Assembly (NCBI GenBank): GCA_963699755.1
Contig: CAVOVB010000002.1
Span: forward strand, 320,001-384,000
From: an uncultured delta proteobacterium
GTDB taxonomy: Bacteria; Myxococcota_A; Polyangia; Polyangiales; Houyiibacteriaceae
DNA: 64,000 nt
Direction of reading: 5' to 3'
Part shown: piece by piece, positions 49,915 through 58,565 of the stretch
How positions within the stretch are numbered: the first letter of the stretch is position 1
How the letters are laid out: every line of letters begins with the position of its first letter
Notes under the pieces: model-generated
Database searches by the model: none
What the model saw: the letters and a program-made list of their open reading frames with translations, nothing else
What the model was told of the DNA's origin: nothing
Made by a program: the position numbers and the translations under genes

Positions 49915-50481
49915 TTGGAAGCTTTGTTTGTCTCCGTGTCGGTGGTCGCGCTGGCGGAGATGGGTGACAAGACCCAACTGCTCTCCTTTGTTCTCGCGGC
50001 AAAGCTCAAACGCAAAGTGCCTATCGCACTTGGAATTCTGTTCGCTACGCTCGCCAATCACGCCCTCGCCGGCTACGTGGGCACATGGCTCGCCGCCCTG
50101 GTGTCCCCCGGAGCTCTGAAATGGATCATCGCCGTATCGTTTTTTGTCTTCGCTTTGTGGGCGCTCAAGCCGGATAAGCTCGATGAAAGCAAAAAGCTCC
50201 GTGGCACCGGTGTGTTCCTGACGACACTCTTGGCCTTCTTCATGGTAGAGATGGGCGATAAGACGCAGCTCGCGACCATCGCGCTGGCGGCGCGCTACGA
50301 GTCCCTGTTCGCTGTCGTGCTAGGAACGACGCTTGGTATGATGATCGCAAATGTCCCTGCTGTGTGGTTGGGCGAAACTCTGGCTCATCGCGTCAACATG
50401 AAGGTGATGCGTGGAGTCGCGGCGGCATTGTTCGTCGTTCTCGGAGTATTGGCGCTATTCGCCGGGAACAGGGTTGACTGA
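49915..50481 (+). CDS. TMEM165/GDT1 (UPF0016) Mn2+/Ca2+ transporter
   Basis: Two EMGDKTQL motifs; GGAGG RBS before TTG. Confidence 0.93.
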   Translation: MEALFVSVSVVALAEMGDKTQLLSFVLAAKLKRKVPIALGILFATLANHALAGYVGTWLAALVSPGALKWIIAVSFFVFALWALKPDKLDESKKLRGTGVFLTTLLAFFMVEMGDKTQLATIALAARYESLFAVVLGTTLGMMIANVPAVWLGETLAHRVNMKVMRGVAAALFVVLGVLALFAGNRVD

Positions 50482-50499
50482 CCCAGTTCGGCCGAAATC

Positions 50500-50740
50500 G
50501 AAGTTGAGCGTCGACTCGCTCGATATGGCCCGAACGAGCTGGAAGCCGCTGATCGTGTCTCGCCTTGGGCCGTTCTGTTGGGACAATTCAAGAATGTCCT
50601 CATCATCATCCTGCTGATCGCAACCGCAGTCTCCGCCTTTGTTGGACACGGCGTCGAGGCCATCGCCATCGCCGTGATCCTGCTGTTCGCCGTGGTGCTG
50701 GGCTTCGTAATGAGTACCGAGCGGAACGTGCGATCGAAGT
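50500..50740 (+). pseudogene. N-terminal fragment of a cation-transporting P-type ATPase
   Basis: Frame not in the ORF track: RRLARYGPNEL...LLGQFKNVLIIILLIATAVSAFVG...VLGFV, then frameshift to EYRAERAIE. Confidence 0.8.
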
Positions 50741-50949
50741 GCCGGTTTTGATTGCGCAACCCCCCCGCACGGAGGTCGCTCGCTCGCCGGGCTCGGCAGC
50801 GCTCGCTGAAATAGGGAACTCTTACCACGCCGCAGCAGCGGTCAAGAGCTCTGCCACGACCAATTTCTTAGTTTCAGTCAACCTTAACACTTGAGACATT
50901 TCGCAAACGATGGGAATACAAACCCACGTGAGCGAGGGGTCATAGGGTA

Positions 50950-51423
50950 GTGGCGCTGGTTTCTCAGCGACCGTGTCTGCGGGGTCGTCACCGTGTCGCG
51001 GCCTTCTTGTATGCCGGCATCGCCGTCGTCAGCTTGGTGCTTGGCGCGATCTACTTGTTTCGCGATTCTTTCATGCCGTATCACGCGGCTGCCCTGGGCA
51101 AGGATTGGGGCGATCTCGGCTCTGCGACCCAGACTCTTCTCAAGGCCCTCATGGAAGTTGCGGCGGGCGGCTGGCTGGCGCTCGGAGCGCTGGTCTTGTT
51201 ACTCGTTGCGTTTCCGATTCGGCGCGGTGAGCGCTGGGCGCGGCTCGCTGCACCAGCCGCTCTCTTGCTCTTCTACGTCCCCACGCTGCTTGCCACCCTG
51301 CGTGTGCTTCATGAGACACCCGCTTCGCCACCTTGGCGCTTCAACGTAGTCGCGTGTCTATGCGCGCTCGTAGGCTTTCTTCTAGACGCACCGTGGCGTT
51401 CTCACCAGACGAACTTCCGATAG
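50950..51423 (+). CDS. Four-TM hypothetical membrane protein
   Basis: YLFRDSFMPYHAAALGKDW motif; hydrophobic helices. Confidence 0.65.
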   Translation: MALVSQRPCLRGRHRVAAFLYAGIAVVSLVLGAIYLFRDSFMPYHAAALGKDWGDLGSATQTLLKALMEVAAGGWLALGALVLLLVAFPIRRGERWARLAAPAALLLFYVPTLLATLRVLHETPASPPWRFNVVACLCALVGFLLDAPWRSHQTNFR

Positions 51424-52940
51424 ACCCTAGGATCGATCGCCGCGGCGCCGAGCATGCCGCCTGCGAGAGCTCCGGCGATCCCGGGGATCATGACGTCCTG
51501 GCCGGTCAGGAATAGGCCGGGGACCGGTGTACGAGCGGCGAGCGCCTCGGACAACATGCGGCGAGGCGTCGTTTCGACGCCGTAGAACCCGCCCTTCTCG
51601 TGGCCGGTGAACGCCGCCGTTGCGAGCGGGGTGCCGAGCTCGCGGTAGACGACGAGCGGCGCCAGCGCCGGGAACTTCTCCTCGAAGAACGCCATCATCT
51701 TCGCCTCGACGCCCTGCTTGAACGCCGCCCATTCGGCGGCGAGCTCCTCGGGCTCTCCGTCCGCGAACCGGGCGACCGACGACCAATCGGCCCAAACCAG
51801 CGCTTCACCGGTGTGTTTGTTCGATGGGCCGGGATCGTGCTCGGGGTCCTTGAGCGACGGGAAAGAGACGAACATCATCGGGATAGGGCTGCTGTCTGCG
51901 TCTACCCAGATGCCATCGTTGGTGTCCCAGCTTTCGTAGAACCAATGGTTCGCGCGTGTGGCTCCGTGTCGAGCGATGTCTCCCTCGAACCCGAGGAACA
52001 TGTCGAAGTGGCAGATCGACGGCTCGAAAGAAGCGATCTCGCGGGCCCACTCCTGCTCGCGAATTCCCTCGGGAAGCAATCGCTTGACCGTTTCGCCCGC
52101 GCCGATCGCCGAGACGATCACGGGCGCCTTGATCTCTTCGCCGCCGCTCGTACGGACGCCGACGGCTCTATCCTCTTCAAACAGAATCGCGGTGACGGGC
52201 GTGGACGCGCGTGCGCTTCCGCCAGCCTCCTCGATCACCGGTACGAGCCCCGCGGCAATGGCGCTTGCGCCGCCCACGGGATAGCCCGCGCCGTCGAGGT
52301 AGTGGCGCATGACGATGGCGTGAACGCCGAAGCTGCCTTCCTTCGGTTTGCCGCCATAGGTGCCCCACTGCGCAGACAACACCGCCGCGAGCTTCGGGTC
52401 GGTGATGATGTCTGCGATGACTTCGCCGGTCGTTCGACCGCACCACCGCTGGATCTTGCGCTTGTTCAACCAGCGCTGCGCGGAGCGGAACGGCTCGGGA
52501 ACCGAACGCCCACCGGCGACCATGTGCGCAATCGTCTCCGCCGACTGCAACGCCTCGAAGTAGGCCTCGATTTCCGCCGCGTTGTCCGGGAACCGATCCT
52601 TGAGCTCCATCTTGTATGCGGCCTCCGGGCGCGCCACCGAGATATCGAAGCCATCCGGAAAGTGCAGGGTGTCGTAGACCGTGCCGACAGAGCGAAACTC
52701 GATCGTCCCGCCACTGAGCCAGTCCAAGATCCGACCTGCGGACTGGTCGGGACCAAACAAGCCGCAGTAGTGAAGGCCCACGTCCCAGCTGAAGCCGTCT
52801 CGAGAGAAGGTGTGGGTCAACCCTCCAATCGACTGCGCCTGCTCGAGAAGCAGGACTTTGTGTTCCAACCGGGACAGGGCTGCCGCAGTCGTCATGCCGC
52901 CCATGCCCGATCCGATGACGATGACATCGAATTCGCTCAT
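51402..52940 (-). CDS. FAD-dependent oxidoreductase (phytoene desaturase/retinol saturase family)
   Basis: VIGSGMGG, GGLTHTF...WDVGLHY, YPVGG, FPSLKDP, TPL, GLFLTGQD. Confidence 0.9.
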   Translation of the reverse strand: MSEFDVIVIGSGMGGMTTAAALSRLEHKVLLLEQAQSIGGLTHTFSRDGFSWDVGLHYCGLFGPDQSAGRILDWLSGGTIEFRSVGTVYDTLHFPDGFDISVARPEAAYKMELKDRFPDNAAEIEAYFEALQSAETIAHMVAGGRSVPEPFRSAQRWLNKRKIQRWCGRTTGEVIADIITDPKLAAVLSAQWGTYGGKPKEGSFGVHAIVMRHYLDGAGYPVGGASAIAAGLVPVIEEAGGSARASTPVTAILFEEDRAVGVRTSGGEEIKAPVIVSAIGAGETVKRLLPEGIREQEWAREIASFEPSICHFDMFLGFEGDIARHGATRANHWFYESWDTNDGIWVDADSSPIPMMFVSFPSLKDPEHDPGPSNKHTGEALVWADWSSVARFADGEPEELAAEWAAFKQGVEAKMMAFFEEKFPALAPLVVYRELGTPLATAAFTGHEKGGFYGVETTPRRMLSEALAARTPVPGLFLTGQDVMIPGIAGALAGGMLGAAAIDPRVYRKFVW

Positions 52941-53081
52941 TGGTGCTCCCCGAACTCCGCTCAGAGCCGGCCCAAGTCAGATAACCGCAAGAGCGGCGCC
53001 GCGTCAAACCGTCTGTGGCCGCGCCGTCTGTGCACGTGGAGCTCTCCTTGACGGGGGCCAGCGAAGATCTACCACAGCTCC

Positions 53082-53564
53082 ATGCCGGCTCCCGTCACCC
53101 CGGACCTCGTCTGGAAAGAGATCGAAAAGCGATCGTTCGCCGTCCTTTCCTACGTGAACCCCAAAGGCCGGGCCCGCTCCTCTGGCATCGTCTACGTCCC
53201 GATCGACCGGGTGCTCTACGTTCGCGTTGCGAAAGATTCGTGGAAGGCGAAACACATCCGGCGGAACCCCCACGTCGCGCTCAACGTGACGATTCCCAAA
53301 CGCGTTCCGTTCATGCCCTGGATCGACATCCCCGACGCGACCATCGCGTTCAGCGGCACCGCACGCGTCGTTCCAATGAGCGAGGTCGGACCGAAGCTCC
53401 TCGAAAGGATCGAGGGACGCCTGATCGAACACCGCGAGACCATGGTCGAGAACTGCATCATCGAGATCCACGCGACCGGTCACTTTGCGACCTACGGCGT
53501 CGGCGTGTCTCTCCTCGACATGCGCGACCCAGAAAAGGCGCGCGGTCGCACGCCCGTCGGCTAG
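53082..53564 (+). CDS. Pyridoxamine 5'-phosphate oxidase-like FMN-binding protein
   Basis: FAVLSYVNPKG...SWKAKHIRRNPHVAL. Confidence 0.8.
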   Translation: MPAPVTPDLVWKEIEKRSFAVLSYVNPKGRARSSGIVYVPIDRVLYVRVAKDSWKAKHIRRNPHVALNVTIPKRVPFMPWIDIPDATIAFSGTARVVPMSEVGPKLLERIEGRLIEHRETMVENCIIEIHATGHFATYGVGVSLLDMRDPEKARGRTPVG

Positions 53565-53684
53565 ATACCTTTGGCCTTACGCGTGGACGTTCCATCTCGG
53601 ATCACGGGCGCAGCTGCGTTTGGTCGAGTCGCTGCGGCCCGGTGCTTCACCTCAGGGCACCCTCGCGGCACCGAACAAGAAGAA

Positions 53685-53737
53685 AGGCACCTAGCCAATT
53701 CGCTAAGTGCCTGACTTCCTTAGTTGCGGGGCCGGAT
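53685..53737 (-). other. tRNA-fMet-like 3' end followed by a hairpin
   Basis: Minus strand ATCCGGCCCCGCAACTA (one C short of the canonical end), then the AGGCACTTAGC/GCTAGGTGCCT stem. Confidence 0.5.
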
Positions 53738-53883
53738 ACGCACAGCGTTGTCCGGTCGATTTCGGAGTGGCGATGGAGGCGGTGGTCGCGGCGTAGTACG
53801 GCGGCCCGAAGACGACGGAGCATTTGTGCTCGCCCCCGCCGAGCACATGTCAACGCTGCGTCAACGCCGGACAACGGAAGGGC

Positions 53884-53989
53884 GGGCATAGCCAATTCAA
53901 ACGCCCTCTCCGCACGCTCCCCAGCGCGACATAAGATCTAGTAGCGCGAAATTCGGCGCTTCTATTGAGCCCGATGGGCCAAGAGAGAC
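53884..53989 (-). repeat. Orphan copy of the ISCR oriIS end
   Basis: 71/74 identity to 58566-58639 plus a further identical 15-mer; ends GGGCGTTTGAATTGGCTATGCCC. Confidence 0.85.
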
Positions 53990-54180
53990 GCTTCCTCGCC
54001 GCCGGACTGGTGCTCAGCTTTCTCGTTCAGAATCCGAACACGGCCTTCACGCTGCAGGTGTTCTTTCTCTCCTGCGTGGCACTTGCCGGGCTCTACGGAG
54101 CGATCACCGCAAAGATGTCGATCCTCTTCATGCAAGGCCTCCCAGCCATGATCGCCCTGGCCTTGTTGCTGCTCGCCTGA
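53990..54180 (+). pseudogene. 3' half of a DUF1304-like membrane protein
   Basis: FLAAGL...FFLSCVALAGLYGAITA...ILFMQGLPA; the 5' half is replaced by the oriIS repeat. Confidence 0.7.
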
Positions 54181-54183
54181 GGG

Positions 54184-54825
54184 ATGAACCGGGTACTTCA
54201 GAAAGTGCTCCGACAAGCGGCGTTGTTCGCCCTCTGCTGTCATTGCCTCGTGGCGGCCGTTGTTCCGACACGGGCGGGCGCCGAGGAAGAGGAGGGTCGC
54301 AATGCGCTCGAAGTTGGTTTCACCCACACGTTTCAGCTTCTGCGGGCGAGCCCAAGCGAAACAGAAGCTGGTCGGAGCGAGAACCTCTGGGGCTTCGCGC
54401 TTGCGTACGAGCGCATTCTCATTCCGGATAGACTGGCGCTGGTCATCGCGAAGCCGTTTCACTTCACTCAGGACCGCTTCGATTCTCCACCGGACGTCTT
54501 CTTGAAGGTGGCCTTTCCCAAGGGCCACTGGGACCCCTGCGTCGGTGCAGGGGTCAGCGGCAACCTGCGATTGTTCGGCGGGGAGCTCGAACAAGAAGAG
54601 GGCAGACGGGCCGAGTACACCTTCGGCTTGGGCGCGATAGCGGGATGCACCTATCTTTTCACGCCTCACTGGGGGCTCTCTCTGGGGTCGGCTACTGTAT
54701 TTCGTCAATGGCCCGACGCAACACGGGTTCATCGACGCACTCTCCGGTGTCTGGACATTCTAGTGAACATTCGGACTGCTACTGCTCGCAACGAGTGTGT
54801 TACATCCAAGCGACGACCGAAATGA
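54184..54825 (+). CDS. Exported beta-barrel-like hypothetical protein, probably frameshifted near 54685
   Basis: Signal peptide; beta-strand pattern up to FTPHWGLSL, then the pattern is lost. Confidence 0.45.
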   Translation: MNRVLQKVLRQAALFALCCHCLVAAVVPTRAGAEEEEGRNALEVGFTHTFQLLRASPSETEAGRSENLWGFALAYERILIPDRLALVIAKPFHFTQDRFDSPPDVFLKVAFPKGHWDPCVGAGVSGNLRLFGGELEQEEGRRAEYTFGLGAIAGCTYLFTPHWGLSLGSATVFRQWPDATRVHRRTLRCLDILVNIRTATARNECVTSKRRPK

Positions 54826-56399
54826 CGATCGCTTTCGACGAGTTCGAGCTCGATTCCGCAAAGCGCGAGCTCCGCGTAGCGGGTACCGTGCGCGTCCTGC
54901 AACCTCGAGTGTTCGACCTCTTGCTCTATCTGGTCGAGAACCACGAGCGAGTCGTTCCGAAGCAAGAGCTTCTCGACACCCTCTGGCCTGATTCGATCGT
55001 GACCGAAAGCTCGATTCAGCGAGCGGTCAGCTTGGCGAGGAGCGCGCTGGGCGAACGTGGCGCCGAGCTCATCCAAACGTTTCCGCGACAAGGATACCGG
55101 TTCGTCGGCAAGATCCGCGTATCGGACGAGCCGAACGCCAAGACGAGTCTCAAACCTCGATACGCGCGAAGCGGCGACGTTCACATCGCATACACGACAT
55201 TGGGCGAAGGCACGACGGCCATCGTGATCGTACTCGGCTGGATCCTTTCAGTTCGTGCGATGTTCAAGCATTCGAAGACACGAGCGGCGATCGAATCTCT
55301 CTCGAAAATCGGCCGAGTGATTCTCTTCGACAAGAGGGGCACAGGACTCTCCGACCGAGTCAAGGAAGTCCCGATCCACGAGCAGCGCATGGATGACCTC
55401 CGCGCGGTGCTCGACGCCTGTGGATCGAAACGAGCCATCGTCATCGGTTTTTCCGAAGGTGAAGCGCTAGCGATGTTGTACGCGGCCACGCATCCCGAAC
55501 GCGTCCATGGATTGGTCCTCAGCGGCGCCTTCGCGCGCATGACTCGGACCCCAGACTACCCCTATGGCTATACAGCTGACGAGCTGCAAGAGCTCAAGAG
55601 CTACATACGAGGGGCCTGGGGAAAAGGCGCATCATTGCGTGCGATCGCGCCGAGTCAGCTCAGCGACCGAGATTTCGTCGACTGGGTAGCGTTCTCTGAA
55701 CAGGAAGGCACGAGTCCTGGGAGCGCACTCGACCTACTCGAGATGAATACGCGCATCGATCTCCGCGCACTGCTCCCCACCATTCGAGTGCCGACGGTCG
55801 TCATGCAAGCCGCACGGGACGCGATGAGTCATCCGGGAAACGGGCCGTACCTGGCGGAAAACATTCCCAATGCAAAGTACATCGAGGCGCCCGGAGACGA
55901 CCACGTCTTCTTCTTTCGGACCCAGCACGAGATCTCGAATGCCGTCCGGTGGATCCTCTCCCAGGGACCACGGGCGGTCGACGAAGAAAATCCATTCTTG
56001 AGCACTGCTCTGGTTGGTCGCACGGCCGGTGCAATCGACTACGAAGCGTGGCGCACGCTGGTCCGGAGCTTTCGCGGCGAAGCCGTGCCGGGGAAGCTCT
56101 GGGCGTACTTCGATGGCCCGGTTCGGGCCATGCGCTGCGGAGCGGCTTTCGCTCAACACGATCCTGTATCGTTTGGTGTGCACACGGGGGAAGTCGTCCG
56201 TAGCGGCGTGACCGTCTCAGGTTCGGCCTTCTCAGTTGCCGAATCGGTCGCCGAACGAGCGCCGCTCGGGGAAGTCTGGGCAACTCAGGTGCTCGTCGAT
56301 CTGGTGCCGGGGAGCGACCTCCAGCTCGATGAAACCAAGAACCTCCTTCAATGGCAAGGGCGCGGAATCGCGCTGTTTTCTGTCCGGCGCCAGAGCTAA
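54822..56399 (+). CDS. Winged-HTH (CadC-like) + alpha/beta hydrolase + degenerate cyclase-like domain regulator
   Basis: LQPRVFDLLLYLV...IQTFPRQGYRF; FDKRGTGLSD, GFSEG; FDGPVRA...GVHTGE, but the first cyclase Asp motif is absent. Confidence 0.85.
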   Translation: MTIAFDEFELDSAKRELRVAGTVRVLQPRVFDLLLYLVENHERVVPKQELLDTLWPDSIVTESSIQRAVSLARSALGERGAELIQTFPRQGYRFVGKIRVSDEPNAKTSLKPRYARSGDVHIAYTTLGEGTTAIVIVLGWILSVRAMFKHSKTRAAIESLSKIGRVILFDKRGTGLSDRVKEVPIHEQRMDDLRAVLDACGSKRAIVIGFSEGEALAMLYAATHPERVHGLVLSGAFARMTRTPDYPYGYTADELQELKSYIRGAWGKGASLRAIAPSQLSDRDFVDWVAFSEQEGTSPGSALDLLEMNTRIDLRALLPTIRVPTVVMQAARDAMSHPGNGPYLAENIPNAKYIEAPGDDHVFFFRTQHEISNAVRWILSQGPRAVDEENPFLSTALVGRTAGAIDYEAWRTLVRSFRGEAVPGKLWAYFDGPVRAMRCGAAFAQHDPVSFGVHTGEVVRSGVTVSGSAFSVAESVAERAPLGEVWATQVLVDLVPGSDLQLDETKNLLQWQGRGIALFSVRRQS

Positions 56400-56471
56400 G
56401 CAATTGGTAAGGCAGCGCAAAGGACCTTCGCAGCCCGCCCCCGTACCTTGGTGCTCGTCAAGGAGGTCCCC

Positions 56472-57218
56472 ATGCCAGAGCTCACCGCCGCACGCGCATC
56501 CCATCATTCCACTGCCACATACACCGACCGAGTCGCCGACCGGTTCTGCGGTCCGCCAGGATCCGGAAATGGCGGATACACGGTCGGCATGGTTGGAAAG
56601 TACGTCGGCCACGAAGTCGAGGTGACGCTCAAGCGTCCCATTCCACTCGATGAGGACCTGCAAGTGCAGGTTGACGTGGAGGGCGGCGCGACACTCGGCC
56701 ACCGCCGCACCGAGATCGCAAGCGCTCGGCGTGCGGAGCTCAACATCGACGTCCCCGAGGCAGTGAATTTTTCGCGCGCATCCGACGCGCGCATGCGCTA
56801 CCCCGGCTTTCAAACGCATCCATTCCCCGGTTGCTTCGTCTGCGGAACAAGTCGCTGCGCGGGAGACGGGATGTGTCTCTTCACCGGTCCCGTCGACGAA
56901 GGCCTCGTGGCCAGCCCCTGGGTTCCGTCCGGGGAGTTTGCGAACGCCGAAAGCGAGATCGCACCTGAGCTGATTTGCTCCGCACTCGACTGCCCCGGCG
57001 CCTGGGCGCTGATCGATCGCTATGGCATCGAAGGGCCCTTGGTCCTCGGACGCATGACCTATCGGTTCGAGCGACCGATCCGTGCCGACGAGCGCTATGT
57101 CGTGATGGGCTGGGCGCTCGGCCGGGAGGGCCGCAAGACATTCTGTGGCACCGGCGTGTACGACGCCGATGGCAAGGTATGCGCCATCGCCGGAGCCACC
57201 TGGATTGATCTCAAATGA
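56472..57218 (+). CDS. Double hotdog-fold (thioesterase-like) protein
   Basis: RFCGPPGSGNGGY, HPFPGCFVCG, ALDCPG, EGRK...ATWI; AGGAGG RBS. Confidence 0.75.
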   Translation: MPELTAARASHHSTATYTDRVADRFCGPPGSGNGGYTVGMVGKYVGHEVEVTLKRPIPLDEDLQVQVDVEGGATLGHRRTEIASARRAELNIDVPEAVNFSRASDARMRYPGFQTHPFPGCFVCGTSRCAGDGMCLFTGPVDEGLVASPWVPSGEFANAESEIAPELICSALDCPGAWALIDRYGIEGPLVLGRMTYRFERPIRADERYVVMGWALGREGRKTFCGTGVYDADGKVCAIAGATWIDLK

Positions 57219-57237
57219 GCTGAACCGCGCGTCCGGC

Positions 57238-57531
57238 TCAGGGCTCGGGCGATCCGGCCTGCGCCAGCGACGGCGGAATCGGTTGCGGCGCGACGTTGGC
57301 AATGGGCGGTAGCGTCTTCAGAAACGCGAAGACCGCGCGCATGTCCTCATCCGTCATCTTGGAGTAGGCGGGCCAGGGCATGGGCGGGAGCACCGCGCGC
57401 CCAACGCCGAGGTGCAAGCCGGTCCGCATGGTCTGGATGAACTGCTCCTCGGCCCAGAGACCCAGCCCATCCGGGTGAGGGGTCTGGTTGCTTGCAAAGC
57501 TGATGCCCCAAGGGCCCGCCCAGGCGGTCAT
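57238..57531 (-). pseudogene. 3' fragment of a diheme cytochrome c
   Basis: AWAGPWGISFASNQTP...LPPMPW...DEDMRAVFAFLKTLPP; no CxxCH and no signal peptide. Confidence 0.7.
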
Positions 57532-57598
57532 CTCATCTATGCTCCGCAGGCACCCTTGCCCAAGTGGTAGGGTCAGGCCGGGCGGACGCCGTACAGCG

Positions 57599-58405
57599 TC
57601 ACCTCACCGGCGTTGCATCGATATGCCGGCGCACCAGTGCGGCGATCTCGGCCGGATGGCTGCTTGGAAGAAAATGACTGCCGCCATCGACGGTGACGAG
57701 CTGCGCCCCGGGAATCCAATCGTGCAGCAACTCGGCAATCCTCTGCATCGCCGGATGGCTGTTGCCTCCGCGAACCACCGTTGTCGGAACGTCGATCGCC
57801 TGCAATGTCTCCTTGCCAGGCTCAAACGGTGTTCCCGAGGACCAGTCGCGTACGTTCACCGGCGTGGTCGCGATGATGTAGCTGCGCACCTTCGGAGGCA
57901 TCGAGTCGAACGTGCCGGCACCGCCGTAGAAGTCAATGACGTGTCGGGCCGCCTCGACGTCGCCTCGGGCAAAGTCGGCGTAGTACGCTCCGGTCATTGA
58001 CTCGAACATGCCGTAGTGTTCGAGGTCGCCCGACGCGCGCAGCACGCCCAGCGGGTTCGCCTCCACGAGCAACAGGCTCGCGGGCCTGTGTCGGCCGGAC
58101 AAGGCGTGCACGATGGCGGACAGCCCGCCATACGAGTGCCCCACGACATGGGGTGACGTGCCGATCTGATCGATGATCCGGTCGATGACGCCGACCTGCT
58201 GCGCCACCGTATCATTGCCATCCGGCCGGACATCTGGCGTGGCTCCGTATCCAAGCAGGCTGGTGGTGACCATGCGGTAGCCGCCACCGAGATGCCCCAT
58301 GACCGCCTTCCATCCCGCGCCCGTGCCAAAGCTACCCGGGAGAAACAGCAGGGCGGGGCCGTCACCCGTCTCGGTGTAGTCGAATGAAACGGTTTGCTCG
58401 TTCAC
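57599..58405 (-). CDS. Alpha/beta-fold hydrolase
   Basis: GHSYGG nucleophile elbow, GGSHFLP; GGAGG RBS before GTG 58405. Confidence 0.88.
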   Translation of the reverse strand: MNEQTVSFDYTETGDGPALLFLPGSFGTGAGWKAVMGHLGGGYRMVTTSLLGYGATPDVRPDGNDTVAQQVGVIDRIIDQIGTSPHVVGHSYGGLSAIVHALSGRHRPASLLLVEANPLGVLRASGDLEHYGMFESMTGAYYADFARGDVEAARHVIDFYGGAGTFDSMPPKVRSYIIATTPVNVRDWSSGTPFEPGKETLQAIDVPTTVVRGGNSHPAMQRIAELLHDWIPGAQLVTVDGGSHFLPSSHPAEIAALVRRHIDATPVR

Positions 58406-58565
58406 GATGACCTCCGGGCGATGAGTACACAATCTCGGGTCGAGGCGCTGTGTTCACGCGGCGGCATATTCCCAGCCTAGCATGCATTGCTCGATCAAGA
58501 GGGAACATGCCCGGTACGTCACTGGCGAGTCTACCGCTTGGGCGTGTGTGCCGGTCCATCCAGCA

